A stretch of DNA of 42,840 bases from Octopus bimaculoides (Eukaryota): positions 42,782,527-42,825,366 of the forward strand of contig NC_068986.1 of NCBI RefSeq assembly GCF_001194135.2. The letters run 5' to 3'. The notes under the pieces were generated by a model, which was given only the letters and a program-made list of their open reading frames with translations, was not told the DNA's origin and searched no databases. Every line of letters starts with the position of its first letter. Within the stretch, counting starts at the first letter, position 1. A program made the translations under genes and the position numbers. Shown here piece after piece: positions 35,306-42,840 of this stretch.

Positions 35306-35554
35306 TAGCCAAGACTAATATTCATAAATGAAAACATAACAAACGAAATATATGGTACACTCTTTCCATGCTTCAAATATTCCAATGATGTGGTTTTCCT
35401 GAATATTACTAAATAAACGTTTTTTCTCATAAACTATTGATATTATACGATATTTAATAAAGACAGCGTTGCCGTGAGTCATAGTCGCGCTGAAAACTTC
35501 GCTGCATCTCAAGGCAATGTAAACAGAAGAAACATTTGTAATATCTGTATCGTT

Positions 35555-35700
35555 TATCTTTTACTTGTTTCAGTCACTGGACTGTGGCCATGCCGAGACA
35601 CTGCCTTGAAGGGTTTAGTCGAACAAATCAACCCAAGTACTTCTTTTTAAGTCTGGTACTTATACTATCGGTCACTTTTGCCGAATCACTAATTTATGGT
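35555..35700 (-). mobile_element. SINE family 1, 3' part
   Basis: CTTTTACTTGTTTCAGTCACTGGACTGTGGCCATGCC...CTATCGGTCACTTTTGCCG. Confidence 0.75.
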
Positions 35701-35829
35701 ATAATGGAAGGAAGGTTTGTATGATACTTTTAGGGTATCTTCTTCTTCCATTTTAATTATTCTGTTGATTCAAGGAGCTGGAAATACGAAGAATTAAGTT
35801 CTAAGGCGGAGTAAATTCAATAACCAGTT

Positions 35830-36449
35830 ATTCACAAGTGCTTCCTACAAAGGGTCTGTTTTCAGCAACTATCTTCACAGCAGTGCGTACTTAGCTTTCT
35901 CCCCCATACACCTGACGATGTTTTTCTCCTGTTTCTGAGCGAATGACGGATGATGGATCTATCATCACGAGGTGATGTAACCTTTTTTATACCTGTTCTT
36001 TGTATTGTCTTCGCATCTTTTGTCTCTCTGAATTGCTTGAGAGTCGTTTGCACTGCACATCGAGAACATTTTAACTTCTGAGCAATTTCCCTTTGAAATA
36101 TTACATCTTCATGATGAGCTACGATTTGACCTCGTTCACACTCACTCAACTCCCTTGTTTTAGGCATTTTACTGTTTAATAACTATATCGACAACGTATT
36201 TTAGCATACAACTCTGAGATAATCCAGGAAACATAAGTTAATTTTGGACATTGGTCTTACTGATAATTGGTTGCATAAGTCCAGTACAGTATGAAAGCAA
36301 TAATTGACGCTAAAGGAGGGTCAACCAGATATTAAAATTAATGTATATTGTGAATTGTACCATAATCTAGTATGTGCTAGAGTTTCATTAACATTGAGAC
36401 AGCAGAACCCCAAAACATTGGGGTGGCCTAATACTTTTGGCCAAGGCTG
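35830..36449 (-). mobile_element. Tc1-family transposon 5' portion with TIR and transposase N-terminus
   Basis: ORF 35862-36167 MPKTRELSECERGQIV...QREIAQKLKCSRCAVQ...TSPRDDRSI encodes a paired HTH. On the minus strand, TA|CAGCCTTGGCCAAAAGTATTAGGCCACCC is a Tc1-type TIR. Confidence 0.85.
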
Positions 36450-36479
36450 TATGTACGTGTATGTATATATATATATGTT

Positions 36480-36529
<50 letters not shown>

Positions 36530-36544
36530 ATACATATGTATATT

Positions 36545-36748
36545 TGTGTGTCTGTGTTACCCCACCACTACCACCATTCATTGAAAACCGATGTTGGTAT
36601 GTTTATGTCCCTGTAATTTAATGGTTCGGCAAATGAGACCGACAGAATAAGTACTAATCTTACAAAGAATATGTCCTGGGGTCGATTAGTTAGACTAAAA
36701 AGGCAGTGCTCCAGCATGGCCGCAGTCAAATAACTGAAGCAGATAAAA
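36545..36748 (+). mobile_element. SINE family 1, 3' part
   Basis: GAGACCGACAGAATAAGTACT...GGCAGTGCTCCAGCATGGCCGCAGTCAAATAACTGAA. Confidence 0.8.
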
Positions 36749-37159
36749 ATAAATGAATATATACATATATATATATATACATATATATACATATATATAC
36801 AATTATGTATATATGCATATATATATGTATATATATATATATATGCATATATTATATATATACATGTATACATACATATATTCATATGTTTACCTTGTTG
36901 TTTGTGTATGTGTGTGTGTGCATGCGCCCGTAAAAAGAAACAGATACATTGATCAATAGATAAATGTTATGAATAAATAAGTAACAGACATTTTCTTCAC
37001 AATGATTAATTTCACAGATAACATCTATAATCGAGCGATTGCCCACGCAATTATACACTGGGAATTCTTCCGTTGCTCTCATCACAAAAGTATAATATCA
37101 TGCAAGGTGCTTACGCGCACACCTTCTTGTACATTCACTTACAAACACTTAAACACCCC

Positions 37160-37325
<166 letters not shown>

Positions 37326-37491
37326 AAGCCCCTCACATGAACACGAAAGGTGTTTTATGTGAGATTCCTTTGTCACTCTGGTCAATTTCCTTTCTACTTA
37401 TACATTCATACATACATACATACATACATACATACATACATACACACAAAACAATTGCTATTGCACATTAAACGATAGCATCTCATACCCA

Positions 37492-37538
<47 letters not shown>

Positions 37539-38057
37539 ACACACTCTCTCTCTCTTTCTCTCTCTCTCTCTCACACACACTCTCTCTCTTGCATACATGG
37601 AAGTATAAACTGTGAGTAATTCATGTGGAATATCAAAGAACAAATATTTTCATTCGTTTATAAAGCTGTCGATAAAAAGAAAACGAAATCATTCAAACTA
37701 ACAACTCTATGAGGACTGATCGAAAAACTGGAATCACACATAACTTTATTAGTGTCATTCAAGCTTNNNNNNNNNNNNNNNNNNNNNNNNNNNNNNNNNN
37801 NNNNNNNNNNNNNNNNNNNNNNNNNNNNNNNNNNNNNNNNNNNNNNNNNNNNNNNNNNNNNNNNNNNNNNNNNNNNNNNNNNNNNNNNNNNNNNNNNNNN
37901 NNNNNNNNNNNNNNNNNNNNNNNNNNNNNNNNNNNNNNNNNNNNNNNNNNNNNNNNNNNNNNNNNNNNNNNNNNNNNNNNNNNNNNNNNNNNNNNNNNNN
38001 NNNNNNNNNNNNNNNNNNNNNNNNNNNNNNNNNNNNNNNNNNNNNNNNNNNNNNNNN

Positions 38058-38115
<58 letters not shown>

Positions 38116-39384
38116 TGTGTGTGTGTGTGTGTGTCTGTGTCTCTACGCACAGATGCACAGGTTAGTTATTCAATGTGTATGTTTGTGATTGCTCAAGTAT
38201 GCATATGTGACTGTGGGAGTACATATGGCGGCATTCTTGATTAAGTAGTTAACAAATTCGTTTCGCCATTATGAGGTCACAGCACGTTTCTAATGCAGTG
38301 CATCTGGGTAAGTATGTTTATCGATAACCTCGGGTTTAACCAAAACTTGTAGTTAGAAGCTGGTCGATAGAAACGTTTATGGAGCGATCTCAGCACATTT
38401 GTACCTGTAATTCAAGAGTCCTGCTGCGTTAAATATAGTGGGTTCTTTCTTTCGCATTCTTACGACGAATTCCGTAAAACGAGTTTCTCCTGAATCATGT
38501 ACAAAGTAATCTCATATGTTGGCATTTCAGTTAATGAAACAACTAACTTACGATCCTTGAAACAGACGTAGTAATCATCATGTTCATACGCACAACCCCC
38601 GCCCCACACACACACACTCACATAAAGTAGATAGTTAGATGCACACATGTCTGTATGTATATGCTTATATATTATTGTATACACATATAAATGTATATAC
38701 ATATACATATATATATATGCATATATAAATGTATATATGTGTGTGAGTATGTGTGTGTTTGTACGTGTGTGCGTATGTGTATGTTTGTGTATGATTAAGT
38801 ACCTTTTAATGGTTACATGCAAGAAAATATGTATGTATGGTTATTTGTGTACGCATGCTTTCTCGTACTTGCGTGAAAGAAAACTAAACATCTGCTGGAA
38901 AACTTAACAACTGTGTTTTTTTTTCCACCGGTAATCGTTTATAATCATCTTTCATCACATGTGACATGCAATATCATATTAAGAAGCTACACTTGATTTA
39001 TAGTCGATGTTTCTTCAGCATCTAAATACAAGAAGACAGTTTATTTATTTCAAGTAGAGCTAAATTATCCCTATACACGAATAAGCACAAACACGCATGC
39101 ACGAAACTCGCATGCATATACACACATTTTCCCCACGCACAAATACATACGCACAAACACAGATATTACTAGTAATAAAAGTTTAAATACATATTGATAT
39201 CTACACATTTATTTTTATGTGCGTGTACTTTAAGGTCAATAAAGATGTTCGCAGAGAATGGGCGTGGGAATCTACAGAAAATTATATATCTATATATTTG
39301 TTACTCAAGCAAGTAATTCCATACAACGATAAAAAATAACGTTGCCCAATTGAGAACTGATATACTGATGAGTATTTTATAGTG

Positions 39385-39458
<74 letters not shown>

Positions 39459-39460
<2 letters not shown>

Positions 39461-39981
39461 TAAATGCCCAATAAATTGATTGGAAGTGTTATCATGTACA
39501 TTGTTTTGTCTTAGTATGAAAGATGGGCTACAGCAAATATTCTGCTCAATACCACAGATTTGCTTGTCAGTTGTTTGACCTTAATCAGTTGAGCATGTCC
39601 CTTGGTGACTGACGATATGTGCTTCTCTGATCATGAGCAGAAGTAGTGGGGGAGCATCATAGCCATGTGTTGAGAGGAATTCTTTGCGGTTTGAATAATT
39701 CACCTTTGGAAACATGGGTGTTTTGCTAATCATCCTTAAAAAAACCTTATTCAGGGACCTTTTGAGCGGGATGGGCTACTCGACCTGAAGAAAATTCTAA
39801 CTGGGCCCCCCTGCGAGGCCATGCACTGTTTATCTTGATATGAGATCTCCATGTCGCGCACATATGGTTGTGATGCATGTGCCTGGTATACCCTTATCAA
39901 ACAGGTAGTTATGATGGGTATAATGGGCTTCGTATATTTTACCCCAGTGTCACTTTGATGGCATGCACTGCTCTCTCACTC
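39459..39981 (+). mobile_element. (TAA)n-flanked non-coding retroelement, copy 1
   Basis: Flanked on both sides by (AAT)n. Closely colinear with 40254-40799. Ends ...CTGCTCTCTCACTC|AATAAT. Confidence 0.75.
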
Positions 39982-40037
<56 letters not shown>

Positions 40038-40049
40038 TAATAATATTAA

Positions 40050-40178
40050 TCCTTTCTACTATAGGCACAAGACCTGAAATTTCGGGGAGGGTGACAGTGG
40101 ATTACATTGACCCCAGTGTTTCATTGGTACTTAATTTATCGACTCCAAAAGAATGAAAAGCAAAGTCGATCTCGGTGG
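40050..40178 (-). mobile_element. SINE family 2, 3' two-thirds
   Basis: GGCACAAGACC...CTGGTAC-like block...ATGAAAAGCAAAGTCGATCTCGG; the head is replaced by (TAA)n. Confidence 0.75.
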
Positions 40179-40194
40179 CATAATAATAATAATG

Positions 40195-40253
<59 letters not shown>

Positions 40254-40254
<1 letters not shown>

Positions 40255-40799
40255 CAGTGCCAGACAGTGGTTCTCATGGCTTCTTATCTTAACTGATTGG
40301 AGGTGCTATCATGTATATTGTTTTGTCTTGATATAAAAGATGGGCAACAGCAAATATTCTGCTCAATACCACAGATTTGCTTGTCACTTGCTTAATCTTA
40401 ACCAGTTGAGCATGACACTTAGTGGCTGACGATATGTGCATCTCTGATCACGAGCAGAAGCAGTGGGGAAGCATCATAGTCATGTGTTGAGAGGAATTCT
40501 TTGGGGTTTGGATAATTCACCTTTGGAAACATGGGTATTTCGTTCGACATCCTCAAACAACCTTTATTCAAGGACCTTTTGAGCGGGATGGGCTACTCGA
40601 CCTGAAGAAAATTCTAACTGGGTCCCACCTGCAAAGTCATGCGCTCTTTATCTTGATTAGAGACCACTATATCGCGCACATATGATTGTGATACATGTGC
40701 CTGGTGTACCCTTATCGGACGGGTAGTTATGATGGGTATACCGGGATTCGTATATTTTACCCCAGTGTCACTTTGATGGCATGCCCTGCTCTCTCACTC
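40254..40799 (+). mobile_element. (TAA)n-flanked non-coding retroelement, copy 2
   Basis: Same 3' junction CTCTCTCACTC|AATAAT as copy 1, with a different and longer 5' end (GCAGTGCCAGACAGTGG...). Confidence 0.75.
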
Positions 40800-40887
<88 letters not shown>

Positions 40888-41036
40888 TATGTAGGACTGA
40901 AGTAACTCAACAGAAGTTTTTTATAGATATAGAGAGTAGAGTTCTTTACTTGTATACGATTGACACAATCCCTCACTAAGGTAAACATAGCTGACGTAAT
41001 CCATCACGAAGGAAAACTTAATGACGAAAAGCGCAA

Positions 41037-41157
41037 CTCGAAAGGAACAGTTATTTATTTGTAGTTACTAGACTGACAATTTTATTTTGAACCTGTTGAA
41101 GGCATGAGAGATGCTGAAGTATCGTTCAACTACAAATAAATAACAGTTGCTTTCGAG
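41037..41157. repeat. 121-bp unit with 30-bp terminal inverted repeats (mini-MITE or hairpin)
   Basis: CTCGAAAGGAACAGTTATTTATTTGTAGTT (41037-41066) versus the reverse complement of 41128-41157, 28 of 30 identical. Confidence 0.75.
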
Positions 41158-41445
<288 letters not shown>

Positions 41446-41456
41446 CAACAAAAATA

Positions 41457-42055
41457 AGACAGAGAAAAAGATGGCTATGGATGACTAAAAGTGATTTAAA
41501 ACCGGAAACGGAGGCTCTCATTTGTGATGCCCCAAAACAAGCATTAAGAACCAATTACATCAAATACAGAATAGACAACACATCAGAAAGTCATAAGCGC
41601 AGAACTTGTGGACAAAATGGTGAAACCGTATGGCATATTACCAGTCAATGTATGCCTCTACCCCAGAAAGAATATAAGGGACGCCATGACAATATAGCAA
41701 GGATTGTCCATTGGACACTTTGCAACAATTATGAACTCAACAGAGCAAAAAAAGTGGTACGAACATAAACCTGAAGGCATCATCGGAAGTGATAATGCAA
41801 AGATCCTATGGTATTTTATGATTCAATGCGACAATGAGATAGAGAATAGGAAACCAGACAAAATGTTAATTGAGAAAGAAAGGAAACGATGCTGGATCAT
41901 AGACATAGTATACCTATTATTGTCGGAGCCCTGGGAACAGTGAGTAAAAATCTTGAGAAGTACATGGAACAAATAGGAGCTGCAATAAGGATGGAGCGCT
42001 TGCAGAAAACAGCACTGCTTGGAATCGCTAGAATACTCCGGATTATTATTGAAAA
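41457..42055 (+). mobile_element. R4/Dong-like RLE retroelement 3' fragment (zinc knuckle plus restriction-like endonuclease), decayed
   Basis: DLKPETEALI..A.KQALRTN, R.CGQNGETVWHITSQC, RHDNIARIVHW, WYEHKPE, RKPD...IIDI (PD..D), PIIVGALGTV, LQKTALLG.ARILR. There is a frameshift near 41750 and an internal deletion near 41910. Confidence 0.85.
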
Positions 42056-42840
42056 GAAATGCAATTATTGAAAAGAAATACAAAATTTATCTAATCGAAT
42101 CTTTAGTTTAAATAAAATTTTAAATGTTATTCTATTAACTTCATTAGAATTTTAACTAATAATCAAAGAAATTATATTAAAAAAATACTTATTTATCGAA
42201 AAAATGAAAAAGAAATATTAAACAATATTATGGGAAATAAATGTAACACTAATCTAATCGATGTTTTGGTTTAAATTAAAATGTTAAACTTTATACTATT
42301 AACTTAGTGTTAAATAGGATATCGGCTAACATTAATTACTAAGTGAATTAATGTAAAAATACATATATTACCAATCAATGATAGAAGAGCATTTAACAAT
42401 ATTATTGAAAATAAAAGCTATACTTATCTAAAATTTTAAACGTTATACTAATAAATAAGCGTTTGTTAGAAAGAAGTCGCGGGAAGATATTGCGTAAAGA
42501 AAAAGAATAGAATAAAGAGATATAAAAACATGAATGAAAGTTTTATTTATAAAATCATGAATGAAAATAAAAATTTAAAATTTATATAACTTAAATCATA
42601 ATAAAACAATTAACTATATTGTACACATTTTATGGAACTTAAAATTTAAGTAATTATAGAGTGTAAAGAATAAGATTAAGATGCATAAATTAAATAATAT
42701 ATATGAAATAAGCTAAAATACTAATTAACGAATCTTTCTATGAAAATAAAATTTAAACGAAGTTTTAGGTTAAACTAAAATTATAAACGTAATATAATTT
42801 AATATAAACTAACAAAAATTAATTTATATAAAAAGAAATT

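Noticed and set aside
39770-39830. CTGAAGA as a possible hammerhead core in the TAA-flanked element
   Set aside because: No stem II followed by GAAA, and no closing helices could be built by eye.
42060-42840. Very AT-rich terminal block with a faint recurrent TAATCGA...TAAAAT...TATTAACTT motif; considered as organelle-derived DNA or satellite
   Set aside because: No rRNA, tRNA or mitochondrial protein motif is recognisable, and the periodicity is too weak to call by eye.

Overview
AT-rich, microsatellite- and transposon-dense animal DNA with nine N-gaps (2924-2940, 6121-6721, 10488-10576, 18090-18252, 19769-20614, 22738-22837, 26099-26995, 29688-29844, 37767-38057). The repeat content suggests an octopus genome; this is inferred from the SINE types and not proven. 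I recognise no host protein-coding exon. Nearly all ORFs in the track are gap or microsatellite artefacts or decayed transposon remnants. Recognisable content: a CR1/L2-like LINE, three tRNA-derived SINE families in many copies, Tx1/L1-clade elements, R4/Dong-like RLE retroelement fragments, a Penelope-like RT relic, mariner and Tc1 relics, and several MITE/foldback elements. Main observation: two diverged Tx1-type non-autonomous elements (11711-13427, ORF1 only; about 13445-15397, ORF1 fused to the ORF2 3' end) lie head-to-tail at one site inside a single SINE. They split its Pol III A and B boxes, the target motif (C/T)GGTATTT(C/T)GT occurs at all three junctions, and both end in GCCC-N5-GGGY-AATAAAGAAAT. 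This points to SINE-targeted, sequence-specific retrotransposition. Also notable: a 136-bp perfect inverted local copy flanked by a 9-bp direct repeat, a 3' tail shared by the LINE and one SINE family, and a (TAA)n-anchored non-coding retroelement present in two copies. All alignments were done by eye; no searches were run.
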